This document shows, one piece after another, positions 25,601 to 38,489 of a DNA stretch of 64,000 nt. Positions within the stretch are counted from its first letter, which is position 1. The number at the start of each line of letters is the position of its first letter. Below the pieces are notes generated by a model. That model was not told the DNA's origin. It saw nothing but the letters and a program-made list of their open reading frames with translations, and searched no databases. Source of the DNA: Pocillopora damicornis (lineage: Eukaryota); assembly GCF_003704095.1 (NCBI RefSeq), contig NW_020843739.1, positions 124,001 through 188,000 of the forward strand, in the 5' to 3' direction. The position numbers and the translations under genes are program-made.

Positions 25601-28600
25601 ATTTTTGTGATATAAAAACTGAATGAGTTCTTTGAATGTCTCTCCTGAACCGCTACCAGAGACCACCAAATTGAACATTACATATCTTGCCACTAACTAA
25701 AATAATAAAACCTTTGCCTACTTGGTATTACTGAACGAGTAGATATATATATTTGTGGGGAGAGTCTTGTTGTTTCGGTTGTTTAAATGCATGCGCGATA
25801 CCGATCCTTAGCACAAAACGATTTGGCCTTTAGCGCCACTTTTGGATTAGTAAACAAGCTGATTCGAGAATCATGCGACGCTTTAAGCTTCTTACCTCAA
25901 TATTGTAACCCCGGATTATTCCATTAATTTTAAGAGGTGGAGACCATTGCACCAGAAGTGAGGTCGAGTTATAAGAAGCTATCGTCAGATTTTGAATCAC
26001 TGAAGGTACTGGATTGTAAACAAAACTGTGTTAGTCAGCCTCTGATTGCAAGTGACGCACTCAGCGATTGAAGGAGTTGCGACAACTTCTTGATCTCTGC
26101 GTTTGTATTGTTCAATTTCAACCAGTTAACCCAAAATATTTGGAGATATTCTTCAGTGTCTGACCATCAACGATTCCACGACGTATATTCTTAAGTATGT
26201 TATTAGAAAGATATACACGAAATGTCTTCGTTGGTTTCAATGACTTAGTATTAAACATCTTACATTAACCGGAAACTTACTTCAAAAAGCGAATGCATTA
26301 AATAAAGGTAACCAGATTATTATCTTTACCTCCTTGCTTTGTACGACAAAGCAGAGCCCCAAGACACCTTCTATCTTTACCATCTTCTCTCCGTAGACGG
26401 ATTTTATACGGGGTGTATGGTGCTGAAGAAAGTGAATTGAAAGGCAGTAAATTTCCTCCAGTTGTTTAAGTCCCCGTGCAGTGTTTAAAACAGGAGACTG
26501 ATTATGTCCATCATCGTGTCCTTGCCTTTATTTTCAAGCTCGAGCAATCTTTGTTTATTCACGATTATGTCAATTTTATCTGTTATATATATCTTTTTGT
26601 ATCATGATTTTGTCGCCATGACTTCCCACAAAATCCGTGTTTCAAACGATGGTTACTTATTCTTTATTTTCGATGTTAAAAATATTTGAAATGCAGTTAA
26701 TTTTCCATATTAAAAGGGCTGCAAATTTCAATCTGTTCGTATTTGTTACGCGTACAATTACATGTGGGGTGCCATAATACAAAACGACCTGAAGTAGAAA
26801 GTATGAATGTACTTACCAAGATTTTCAACAAAATATTGATCAGTTGAATAGTCAAGGACTTTGTTTAAAACCTGTGCATGGGTTTTATTTCTCCAGACTG
26901 TAATTCTGTTTGTTGTTTTTTTTATCTGAAATAGCTTCCTGTTTATAACCTTCCAGGTCACGTTTAGGGTGGTAGCTGTGGCTGCACAGTGTATTTTTGA
27001 AAGCTCATCTGTAATTAATTGGAAAAACAAAACAAAACAAAAATACACCAACTTGAGAGGTCTATAATTCTTTACCCCTTTCGTACCACAGGACAGTCAT
27101 CGGTCAGGGTATTTGAAAGCATAGAAGGAGCAGTTTGGTCGTTGATGGTTTTGTAAACTTTACAAAATCATCAACGACCGAACTGCAAATAAAGTTGAGA
27201 AAGGAAAGTTGAGCCTGAACAATGGACCATTTCTTGACACGAAAGTATTCGTTCGAAACTAAAATAGTCTAACCTACTTGTTCATGATTAAGGCTATTAA
27301 CGTGAACCTACTCATTTGGGACTGGAATGCTCTCCTCACTTCATAGCCATGCAGAGATCTATTCCATGTTATAACTTCATCGTATAATCCTCCGCTCTCC
27401 AAGTACAGTTCCGCACGTACAACTTGCATTGGGAAGCTTCCCTTCAGCTTAATGTATTTCCAAACATCACTCTTTTTTTCAACCACAGATGAATTAACTA
27501 ACTCTCCATTGATGTAGGTAGCTAATCGGCTTTCGCGACCTTCTGGTGCATTCCAAGTTATCACGATAAAATTCCAAATCTCTTGCTGAATTTTGAATGG
27601 CTCCTTCCAGCTATGCCCGTTAAGTATGACTTCCACTATGACTTTCCTTTCTGTTCCGTTCGTTTCATTTTGGTAGACAAAAACACCTTTCAAGTCTGTG
27701 AAATTATTTCTGGACGTGCCAAGAAATATTTGAGGGTCAGTTGCGGTATGCTTTATCAGTAGCCAGAATGCCAAAGAGAACCCCGAATCACAAGTCGACA
27801 TGTTTGTAAGGCAAAGATCTGTGAATGATCCTAATATCAAGCAGGAATGACCAACTAAGCTGAGGTAGTCTGTGTTGTTTGATGTGGTACCGATGAGCTT
27901 TAAAACGTCTTGTCTAGACACGGAGTCCTTATAAGGAAAGGGATTGTTGAAAGTCCATTGATGCGTGATGGAGCTGATTATATCTATAAATGTTAAAAAT
28001 TGAAAACAGAAAGAATACACTCCGGAGGAAATAAAATTTAACTGGAGGACAAGAAAGATTAAGCACTGTTTTAATTTAAATTTTAGCTAAATACCCACAA
28101 ACGCAAATTAAGGGGTCAAAACTCCTAAAAGAACGGTTAGAACTCAAACTAAACAAAACAATTTTTTCGTAACCGGCCAACATTTGATTTCAAATATTAG
28201 ATCCTCATATTTTTTTCCTTTTTCAGAATAAAACAATAACTTGATGTTTATGGTAATTAATAAACAAAAGTGAGGACTCACAATAACTACTTGCATTCCT
28301 GATAAATTCAAATACGATACAAACAAATTATAGCTGAATTTAATTTTTTCATATAAACTCCACTGGGAATTGATTGCAAGTCTGTGTCTCGCTGTTCCAA
28401 TGTACAGATACTTTTATTTGATTACTGAACCATGAGTCGCAGGTTTAATCATGAACTGCACGCAATTCAAGTTTCCGGTGCGTCTTGAAAAAAAAACGCA
28501 ATTAACACGTCTGTAATATTGTTAGACTAAGTACGTATTTCTACCCTCAGTTCACAAATACAGCTTCTTAGCTGGCTTTGTTCGTCTGTTTCCTCGGATT

Positions 28601-30025
28601 TTATCGAAAAAAAAAGGAAAATGACGCCAAAGCCCTTAAAGCTGTCCAAAGTACACCGACATATTGTGATTTGCATTTTGCGCCACTGTACGTGCATGGC
28701 AACATATTTTTCTTGCCCAACATTGTTGTAAAATTTGTTAAACAATAAATTGAATTAATGCAGCCAATGTGGAAAGTACCCCAGCAAGAGAAAAGAGTTA
28801 AAAAAAATGTTTTAATAACATCGAAATGTGTAAGATGACACGTTGCAACTTTTTTTTAATAAAGGCAACAAACACAGAGTATGTGTGTGTATAATTGTGT
28901 AAGCCGTGCACAATTCCTGTAAAACGGATATTATAAGAAACCAATAAAGTAAATAAATTCTTAAACATCATATTTTGAGAGCAAAGAAGCTTCAAAATAT
29001 GTTTTTTTTATTTGGGTCTAAGAGAAGTCCGTGATGAGCATTTAAAGGGATAGTTCTTATACCAATGGAAATTGCAAATATGAAAAGTGCCTTTTTGACA
29101 AGCGTCTCTTATTTTTATATCAATCTAAAAAGGTATAGATTTTGTTTGGATCCTAGAAATCCAGGAAAATATCGCGCTTTGAATTTTTTTTAAGGTTAGA
29201 AGATATAGATCCGCATTACTGGCGATAAAAGCGTTTCATATGATCATTGCTTTAAATTTTACAGGGCAGCTGCTAACATAGAAACTAGCGTCAAACGACA
29301 TTAAATGTTTGCGCTACGTAGGGGTATCAAAACAGGATGCCTACCACCGAAAGAAAAAGCCAGGAAAATATGTAGAAGATATCTTAAGGGTTTGTTAAGA
29401 TTACATCAATGATTTTTCTCTTACGAATCACGATTCTAGTCATCCATATACGTAGATATCAGTTTGTAAAGTCGAAACGAAAGAAAAGTGAAAAGCAAAC
29501 GCAACTGGAGCGCTAGTTTGCTTTCGGTTGATAATGTCCTTAACTTGTACAAAGCAAAGCAATAAGCGAAGGATATTTCGAAAATTTATCGGATAACGTC
29601 TGAAAAATCAACTAGTCATAATTGAACATTCTTCAAGCATCCTATAAAATTTTAAGAAGTTGTTGTCTTTATTTCGAATGCGGTTCGTTTTACATTTTGT
29701 AATGTATATGATAACAATAGTTTGAAAAAGGTAAGCAGTTGATCGTCAAATCTGTGAAATTCATCAAGCATTCGTTGAAAAACTTGGAAAAAAATTCATG
29801 CGCGCGTTCTTCTTCGTCGTGAACTTTTCAACGGGCAGTTTAAACGTGCGGCTTTAACTACATTTTAACTGCGTTGTCTGAATTGTCTGAATTATCTGGA
29901 AAAGCTGATGACTGTATCTGCAAATAATACAAAGGAAAGCAGAATGCAGCAAATAACTGCTTACCTGATTGCGCTCCTTTGCCCCAAAACTGAAGAAACA
30001 GCAAAAGCCAAGTATAAAAACCCAT
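15940..30025 (-). CDS. Adhesion GPCR (~1467 aa): signal peptide, LamG/pentraxin-like, 3x FN3, Ca-binding EGF, HormR, GAIN/GPS, 7TM, long acidic/Ser-rich tail
   Basis: 30 phase-consistent exons: 30025-29965, 27983-27312, 27008-26817, 26422-26330, 26008-25896, 25566-25380, 25047-24784, 24520-24401, 24168-24049, 23904-23804, 23513-23316, 23077-23009, 22605-22491, 22226-22089, 21894-21831, 21725-21626, 21186-21140, 21011-20882, 20682-20585, 20344-20242, 20008-19849, 19539-19473, 18880-18814, 18720-18635, 18271-18145, 17760-17719, 17506-17402, 17191-17155, 16932-16871, 16605-15940 (4404 nt). Motifs: MGFYTWLLLFLQFW signal; DFDECTQQPCH EGF; CVFW...WSDEGC...CHCYHL/TSFSVLM GPS; HINL, LHYLFLVSFCWMATEG, CWLS, FNTLQGLFIFIFHC in the 7TM. 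Confidence 0.92.
16619..16646. repeat. (TA)n microsatellite
   Basis: Perfect TA run in the last aGPCR intron, beside the acceptor and the hammerhead-like motif. Confidence 0.95.
16651..16696 (-). ncRNA. Minimal type I hammerhead ribozyme motif, degenerate and probably inactive
   Basis: Minus strand reads ACTGCA-CTGATGA-GGCC(CGAAA)GGCC-AAAA-CAGTACT-TTC-TGCAGT: perfect 6-bp stem I, intact CUGAUGA, 4-bp stem II, palindromic AGTACT in stem III. AAAA replaces GAAA and TTC replaces GTC. Confidence 0.75.
17905..18062 (-). repeat. Degenerate SINE-like dispersed repeat in an aGPCR intron
   Basis: GTTTTTAGAGGAGGGAGGAAATATAGAGAACCCAGAAAAACCC...ACAACTTGACCCAC resembles a common anthozoan tRNA-derived SINE (recalled, not searched). 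Confidence 0.45.
27130..27186. repeat. 57-nt near-perfect palindrome in aGPCR intron 2
   Basis: GCAGTTTGGTCGTTGATGGTTTTGTAAA-C-TTTACAAAATCATCAACGACCGAACTGC: 28-bp arms with 2 mismatches. Confidence 0.9.
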
Positions 30026-33000
30026 CTCGAAACCAAAAAGAATTTGGTAGAGTTCAGTTAAATCTTGTTCATGTAGATATCTGTAGGAACTCTTTAAGTA
30101 TTTCCTTTCCCAAGACGGTAGCGAGTAGCATCAGCCAGATTTTTCACGAAGTCCAATTTTAAAGCTCATGCTAAAAAATTCTTGTGTTTGTCAAAGGTGT
30201 CTGTTCGGTAGTTCACAACAAAATGACGGAACGTGAGATCATCTTTAATGTCTGCGTCTTTAATCTGAGAAAAGAAAAACAACAGCAGGTTGACAAAGGA
30301 AGCAAAATTAATTCCACTCTTGACGGACAGCTTTCACAAAAGATTAATTTATAGATCTTAGGAAACATCTCCCCAAAAACAATTTTGATGATCGAGGAAG
30401 GAGATTAATGGGATAATTTTGTATTGAAGGTAAAACTGTATATTGTGGCAATCACTTTCGCACTACATCATGCACTTATTGAGCTGCTAAGTATAGGAGC
30501 AAATTATAATTTATGCTGCTAAATCAGCTGCTATAAATTTCCTATCCGTATTGTTAGAGATCTTTAATTCTGTCTAGGAAGAAAGTCGTTTAAATCGCCT
30601 AGCTAATTTGCATATAGAAATACGTCAGTCATGGAACAAGCAAATCAAGCTTTAGTCATAACAAAAGAGTAAACCAAGAGGTAGATTTTGCCTTTGACGA
30701 TATGTCCCACTGAAGTGATAGCTGCGGAAATTTGGAAGAATAAACACAATTTTATTGCTTCCTGAGTCTTTTAAAGACTGAATCCGCGCTGAGACTAACC
30801 CACCTCATTTGAAATAATGAGTCGAAACTACGGTTCTTGCTAGATACATGCTTTTCTAGAATGGCAACGTTGCTCCTTAGAGATATTTGCCAAATAAATG
30901 TCACGGATGATTGGTAGCTTTAATGCAACTATATTATTTTGCCCTTGAAACATTTCAATGACTGTTGCATTGCAGCTATTTTGTTATTACGAGAGGACAT
31001 CGACCGGATTATGGTATACACGAGGCTATCTTCAGGTTCATTTTCCAGTATCTGCCATATGATAAATTTAAGATACTCTTGAATTGAGGAAGATTTCGAA
31101 AGTCATAAGTCTTCTAACTAAAAAGTTATTTAGCCTCTCATAATACATTTGATGTGCTACTTTCTTCTGTCCTCTAACCCATCTACCATCTTTCAATATC
31201 TTGAAAAAAAAAAAAAAGAAACCCAGTAGCAAGCCATTTCGTTATCTTACCATTCTGTCGAGTTATTAGTGAAGTAAACATCTTTAAAGGAGAATATTCC
31301 CGAACAGCTTAACGTGCCGACTTCCGAGAGACAAAGGACCTATTACACCTATTTGACGTATTTGGCATATGGTGAAAAGAAATTTCTGGAGCTGCGTCAT
31401 GACTCAGGATACTTCTTGGAAAATTAGCATTAATCAATTTTTCTGCATTGTTATCTACAGTGTGTGTTCGCTCTCTCGATCCTTAGGGGTGTTTCCTTAG
31501 AAGAAAAAGCAATCGAAATTTTTTTAAAACTTTCCTTAAATGTTCTATACCAATGTCTGTTCCGAAAAATGTAATTAAATAGACAGGTCACTGTGCTTGT
31601 TAAAGAGATAAGATGAGTCAAACTTACTCCATTTTTGCCTCTACACGCGTAGTTTCATCGGTTCACGGTACATTTTGAAGCAGCTGAAAGCAAGGGTTTT
31701 TTAATATAACACATGAAAAAAACTTGACAGGTGGAAATTTATGAAAACTTTGATATAATTTGTGGAAAAATCACCCAACTTTAAACGACAGAAACTCGAA
31801 ACGTTCCTCCAGTCTGCTTTAAAAGATCATAATTTGCAATATCGAGTAACGGGCTTCGTGCACGCTTTTTGCTATATCTTTTTTCCCTTTAATGTTTTTT
31901 TTTTAAATTTCTCCAATTTAAATGCGATAATTTGTACACCAAAATAATGTAGTAAAAAATATAGGCCACCGTGCTCGTTCTTGCAGGAGCTAAAGACCAT
32001 CGTACCTCTTTACCTAGTTTAGTACGCGCTTATACGCCTGATAACGTGATTTTTATGCGCAGTATAGGGTGCGCAGTACAATACTGAGGAATCACCTCAA
32101 TCGTTTTCGCTCCCCTTTGTCTATAGCTAATTCTCACTTTTGCATGCAATATGAATATTCGTGACTCCATAACAATTACGATCGGAGTGGCTTCTCAAAG
32201 ACCGTGACAGTTGGGCCAGTATTATGCACTGCCTTGGTTGTTGAACTTCAGTTGTGAGGAGCTCAGCAAATTTCCCATCTGTTCTAAGGCTATAGAAGCT
32301 TACTCTGAGTTGTGCTGAAAAGTTGGAATTGATTAAGTGTCTCTATTACGTGTAGCTCACCTTGTATTTGGTATTATTATGATAAGTAAGAAACAGTAAC
32401 GTATTGGTCGTCAAAATTGAAGTTTTGCTCAACAGTCGATGGAAGTGCACATATGATGGTCAGCCCTTCGAATTTTTTTTGATGCCATTTCATCTCTCTC
32501 CCCTTTTTTGCTTTTATTCTCTTAAAAAAGCTGTTTCTCTTATAAAAACACCTAGTTAGTTTTTTTTAACTCCTATCTGTTCAGGCGACATCACCGCCGA
32601 AAAACACTTTTTGAAGGTGGCCTCTTTTAATTTCCGAACTCTTTCTTTTGCACAACAGCACGGATGTTGCATACTGTGGTTAATTGACATAAAAGATAAT
32701 ACGACCAATACAAGCCTTACTTAAGAAGCCGCGCCATATGGAAGTTTGTTTATAATTAAGCAGAGCCGTTAATTTACTTGTCCATCTGCTCTCGATTAAC
32801 TGTATCGCGGAAGCTCAATAATTACGAAAAAAGAAAGCTATCAGCTCAGAAGTTGGCAATTTTAATTTTCGATTTTCAAGCCGACGATAACGCCCTGTTT
32901 GATTTTTACTAGCATGTCATATTCAGTTATTCTTAAGAAGACTGATGAACTACAAAAACAATCAGTAAGTAACCGGTCCAGTACCGTGCCCGGCGTTGAA

Positions 33001-33337
33001 AGTCCTAATAAGTGACTCGAAAGATCAGGCCATTCATTCAGTCTCATTCTGGCTGCCACTCAGTTTCTTTGCAAATTCATAGTCAAGATAATATATTATG
33101 AGCTGATATGTTCGTTTGTATTCTCATCAACTGTCCTGCCGAATAATGCATTGATATTGAGAGGAGAAGTTACGAATCAATCATTTTGGAACAAAAGATG
33201 AAAAGATATCCCTTCACTGTTAACTTTTAGTTTTTTTATGAAAAGGGTTATTTTCTTTGTTACCTCTGGGCTGATATCAGTGGCGAAGAAATCGTTTATA
33301 TGCACGGAGTATAAACACATTATTGACCATATTGTTA

Positions 33338-33525
33338 TTTAGCATATACCACACAGTTGAATAGCGCTTTTCGTGCGCTAGTTCGAAGTGATTAGCAATT
33401 ACTATTCACATCCGAGCAGTCGAATTGTTTGGGGTTACTGTGTGGTATAGACTAAAACAATTATTTACCTCAGTGTCGGTAGAGGTGGTGGATATTTACC
33501 TCCACCTCCGTGAATAATTGTTAAA
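33338..33525. repeat. Dispersed repeat with internal inverted repeats (MITE-like)
   Basis: TAGCATATACCACACAG / CTGTGTGGTATAGACTA inverted pair, followed by AACAATTATTTAC...GTGAATAATTGTT inverted pair. Confidence 0.6.
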
Positions 33526-35187
33526 AACAGTGACTGACGTGGGCTGTATAATATGTCGAAATGAAATACTGATATCTCTCAGTTGTAAATCAATGCTAAC
33601 AAAGAGAGTAAATCATTCGCTAACTTTAATTTAGCGTGTGGGAAGGAAAGTTAATCAGAATGACAACCCACGCTGATGATTGAAAATTGAAACTAGATGT
33701 GTTGACTTTTGTGCATACATAATTTACATGAAACCTGAGGAAGCCTTAAGAATCGTACTGATCGGAAGAACAATCAGCTCGAATTAAGGTTATAACTAGG
33801 ATACACTTGACAAATTTATGATACTTAAAGTACCGTTTTCGTCATCTGCTGATGATAAAAGAAGAACTGAATGTCTGACTTGTGTGCAAATTTGAATTGA
33901 GGAACTTCAACTCCATTTGCGCTTCCTTCTAAAAAGCTATAATGATGAGACTCATCAGGTTACGAAGTAAAATTATCAAGCAAGAGTAAATTATTGCCAT
34001 TTAAGTAAAAGTTTAAAACATTGGTGTCTAGACTTGCCTCTTGTTTCCATGTTGCTTGTTGGCGTGAGTGAATAGTTAAACGTAAGGAGCCAAATAAACC
34101 GCATGTGTTCCAGCCATCTGCCAAGATATAAACGGTATTTCCATGTCTATCACAAAATATTGACTGACATACAATGGAAATGAAGTCAATTATAGCCTAG
34201 TAGGAGATTGTAGAAGTTCTTCTTTCATTAACTGAATAACTACCTCCTCTTATCTGTCACCTTACCCTTCTTTTGGTGCCATAGATTTTAATTTATCTGC
34301 TGGGAGCGCCCTAAGAGTTTTTTCCCCAACAATAAGCCAACTATTGCGTTCTTTTTATTATTATGTTGAAACACATGAAAAAGAAAATCGTTTAATGTAT
34401 TCATTATGCACAACGCAGCCTCTTGCCGATTACATCAAGTATTTTGGGTTCTTGCTAACCTACACGTAGATGTAGTTCGTTCGATCTTCGTCAAATATAC
34501 ATCGAATACTCAAGTTTATCATGCTAAAATTTCAACCTGCCAATTGTCTTGTTATTAGATACTTTTATTCATTTCGATTTTTTTTTTCACAAATTGTGCT
34601 TGAGACGTGACGACTTCAAACATGACTTCTGCAAACCTATTATGCATTATATGAACTATCTGCTTTAAAAGATTACTTTTTCCGATTAACCTTGGCCTCG
34701 GACCATTCCCGCCCTATATCGGATAAGAGAATACCAAATTTCCGTCTAATCAGCGTGTTGTAAAAAGAGATTGTGTTGCATTCATGTTTTCCAGAATTCG
34801 ATAATTTTCTTGTGTGAAGTGTATTAGTGACTTTGGAATTTAGCGGATGATGATTCGCCTTCATCATGTTGACCAAAATTCCTTACGCAGTAATGCAATG
34901 AATAGCTTAATTTGGTCCAATCGGTTTCATGCACGCACATCTTACATATTCAGTGGACAGGATGTGAGTCTGATCAGCGGGAAGGGAAGGCATTAGCCTG
35001 TGTCCACGCTTGTCCTCTGTCGCACTCACCACTTCCCTGCTTCCTTTCACAGCCACGTAATAGTTTTCAGCTTTGTAAGTTACAGCTCGAATATCACTAT
35101 TATTATTGTTGATATTTTTATCACTATTATTGACAGGAATAACAGCTGTCATTGGGTCTACTTGCCCTGCGATCATCCATACCAAGC

Positions 35188-35378
35188 TTAATACAAAGTG
35201 CGACAAGTGTTGTTATAAAATGCGACAACTTATTTTGTTACAAAGCACGTACCGGTCTGTTAACACTAAGTGCGTAAGCCTTTTAATAACAAAGTGCGAT
35301 AGGTCTTGCAAAGTGCGACAATTTTATTACAAAGAGTGACAATTATAACAAAGTGCGACGATTATTACAAAATGCGAA
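35188..35378 (+). repeat. Degenerate tandem array of an ATTACAAAGTGCGAC-like unit
   Basis: About nine imperfect copies (CAAAGTGCGAC, AAAATGCGAC, CAAAGTGCGAT, CAAAATGCGA and others). Confidence 0.8.
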
Positions 35379-37442
35379 TTTAATGATTAACAGCACAGTT
35401 TAATTTATTTTCTCTGCTTCACTGATAGTAATAAAAGAAATTTTAATTATTGTATCTAGAAATTCTATTGAAGGAACGAGGTCATCGAAACTTTACCCCT
35501 TGCAGACTGGCGGTGAACTGGCAATCGTATATTGTTTATTCTTTATTTATTGCCTACGTTAGAACGAGGTTGACTTTAAGTGATTCTACTCCAATAATTC
35601 TACTTACTTTTACTCCCGCAATTATTCAAAGAAAGTTATATTTTGTGTGGTGGTTTCCACATGCGCGTAGCGATTAATGAAAACTACTAATAACAAAATC
35701 TCGAAGTCGATTGGCTATCACTGGTCCGATTTGAGCTCTAATAGGACAGCGCACAGATCTGGTATAGTGCATTGTAATCAGCTAGTTTTCGCCTTATGCC
35801 TTTGGAATTGGATGGTATGTGTCATTTTCGCGCACTACTAAATGGACTATTGGGATCATTTCCTCATGGAAAAAAGTAAACATTTATTATTCGCTCAACC
35901 TTCAAACGATGGCTGTTTTTTTCTCTTAAGATTATTGCCATAGTTTAGTGAAAGGACGTTGTGTAGTTCATTTCTGCGAGGAAACACACTTCGCGTAAGC
36001 TCTGCTGGGCCTTTTAAGAAACAACCGATACACTCTTAACTCTCAAACGATGAATTAAATTTTGGAAGAGATAAGATTCTTGATTTAGGTGCAATCAAAT
36101 TTATGAAATCGCGAAGTTTACAAATTCAATTTTATTCTGCTTCGGTGAAGGGCGTTCGTGTAGCATCTGTCCCCCTAGTTAAAGTATCTTTTCATCGCTT
36201 CAATCGTGTCAGGTTTGGCTCCATATCACTTTTTATGATTTTCCATTTCAATTTTTTTTCCATCGAGTGCAACGCGAAAAAATGGCAACTGTAAAAACGT
36301 GGGGGACCATTTGAATAAATTTGCAGCGTTGTGCAGCTGTTTCTTTAAGGAAAAAATGATTACAGTTGAGCTCTGAAACAGTAGAAAGAGCTCATTTGCA
36401 TTATCGATCTGTTGCCCAAAGGTAACAGTCGTACCCGTCGGTTTTGATGAAGCCACACTGATTATATTTAGTGGCATCTATAGAGGTGTGTTCGTTCAAA
36501 TAAGATCACGCTGATTTTTTTCTTGACTAGATACCAAAACTTGCAGAGTACGTTTGCTCCATCGTCTTCTTACGAAGAATTCAGAATGCTTTTCACCAGA
36601 CATGCGAGTAAGATAACATCTTACTTTCATTACAGTGATTTGCTCCAACACAGTTTTTGCGTTCGTAAAGTACGACAATAACATTATACGATTATCATTC
36701 GTTTATGTATGACGAGAACGTAACCTTTGCAAGCTGTAAATGGGATAATAATGAAATCTAGTTATCGGCGAGAACGTGAAATTACCAATTTCTGCAATCG
36801 ACATTTATTTGCGCTCAAAAGCAAATGATTAGCTCTGTTTTCCTCAAACCACATGTTTATTTCTCAAGATACCCACAGACATAAAACTATGGAACCGAAT
36901 TCTTAAATTAAAATCTCTCTGGGATGCTACACAAATGACAAAAAAAGAAAATTAAAATTATTTTTCTCTGCTCAGTAATGAACTTATCTAAACATCGCCA
37001 TGGCTTGAAAACGTACATATCCTATTGAACGCCTTTAAATTAAATTGAATGAAACATATATGAATATATTTATTTTAATAAGTTCCAGTTCACACAGGAA
37101 AAATAGCTGAAAATTATTTTGTCTCTGTTATAGGTGAAACGGCTGCTATGAAATTTCATTGAATGATCGAGTCAGGCTTTCAACTATATTTTAATGGACC
37201 GAAACAGTTCCTCTGAAAACCTCCCACTGATTTAAGGTTAATTATTCTTGTTTCAAGAATAGAAAATACACCATGAAAAACATTTTTTATTATGGATGAA
37301 ATAAAAGATAAAGCCTTATATTTGCGACTGCCGCGGCAGTGTTTGAAAAAAAAAGCCTTTCCTTGTTAATGTTACCGAATGCGGAACGCTTGTTTTTACT
37401 AAAGAATATCAGCGAAAACCGTTAAAATTCCGCGGACAAGGA

Positions 37443-38489
37443 ATGCTAGAGGCTAACGCAACGGCTATTTCTCCTGAGCCTGCTCCGCTAAAATGGACGT
37501 TACGCCTTTTATACATCTTTGTGTTTGTCGTGGGCATTGCTGGTAATGTGATCGTGTGTGCTGCGGTGTTGAAACGCAAGCGTCTTCGAACGAGTAACAA
37601 CCTTTTTACTTTCAATCTTGGTTGTGCTGACCTTATCGTTGTAACGATTTACGTCCCAACACAAATGACCGCTTTCGAGAATGAACACAACTGGGCCTTG
37701 GGAGACATTATGTGTCGGATTGCCTATATCATCATTCCACTATGTCTGTCGGCCTCTATTGGTTCTTTACTGGCCATAACAGTTAACCGTTACCGCGCTA
37801 TAACTTCCCCACTGACGGCAAAACTGACAGAGAGAGGAATTCAGGGGATTATCACTGGCATTTGGGTCACGTCTCTGGTCATAGCTTTGCCAATAATTTT
37901 TGTAGCGGGAGAAGAAAGGAGTAGTAGTGGACAGGTGTACTGCTCAGAGCCAGGCTGGCCCGAAGATTCAGTAATTGATAATGTTTATTGGATCTCTATT
38001 TTTTTTCTTCAGTACATTACACCTCTTGTTTTTATATGCGTTCTATCGACCATTGCTGCTTGTAAACTTAGAAGTGACGTCCTGTTTAATACAAAAAGGG
38101 AATCTCTTGTCATCACAAAGGCTGTGCGAAAGCGAATGCAGCAAGGTACTAAAATAACCAAAATGCTTTTCGCACTCGTAATTATTTACGCCATTTGTAT
38201 GCTGCCCCAGCATGTTGTGTATTTTTGGATGGAATTTGGAAATCTTAACCAGATGGAATTCAAAATGTATATATTCAGGTTTTCGAATGTATTCCCCATG
38301 GCAAACTGTGCGTTAAATCCCATCGCATATGGGACATTGAATAAGGAGTTCAAAATGGTTTTCAAGGGCCTTTTGAAACGTAAATGGAATTACAAGTCTA
38401 CAATTTGCTTCAGATGGAATGAAGATCAATATGGCGAGGATATTATCGAAGAGAAAGGCAATTCAGTCATCTCCCTAAAGGTGATTTGA
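37443..38489 (+). CDS. Rhodopsin-class GPCR, neuropeptide-receptor-like, intronless CDS (348 aa), paralogue 1
   Basis: 7 TM segments; GN (TM1), NLGCAD (TM2), NRY (TM3), CMLP (TM6), NPIAY (TM7), ECL2 Cys. Confidence 0.95.
   Translation: MLEANATAISPEPAPLKWTLRLLYIFVFVVGIAGNVIVCAAVLKRKRLRTSNNLFTFNLGCADLIVVTIYVPTQMTAFENEHNWALGDIMCRIAYIIIPLCLSASIGSLLAITVNRYRAITSPLTAKLTERGIQGIITGIWVTSLVIALPIIFVAGEERSSSGQVYCSEPGWPEDSVIDNVYWISIFFLQYITPLVFICVLSTIAACKLRSDVLFNTKRESLVITKAVRKRMQQGTKITKMLFALVIIYAICMLPQHVVYFWMEFGNLNQMEFKMYIFRFSNVFPMANCALNPIAYGTLNKEFKMVFKGLLKRKWNYKSTICFRWNEDQYGEDIIEEKGNSVISLKVI

Noticed and set aside
35188-35378. CRISPR-like array
   Set aside because: Units are short and degenerate with irregular spacing, no cas genes, eukaryotic context; it is a minisatellite-type repeat.
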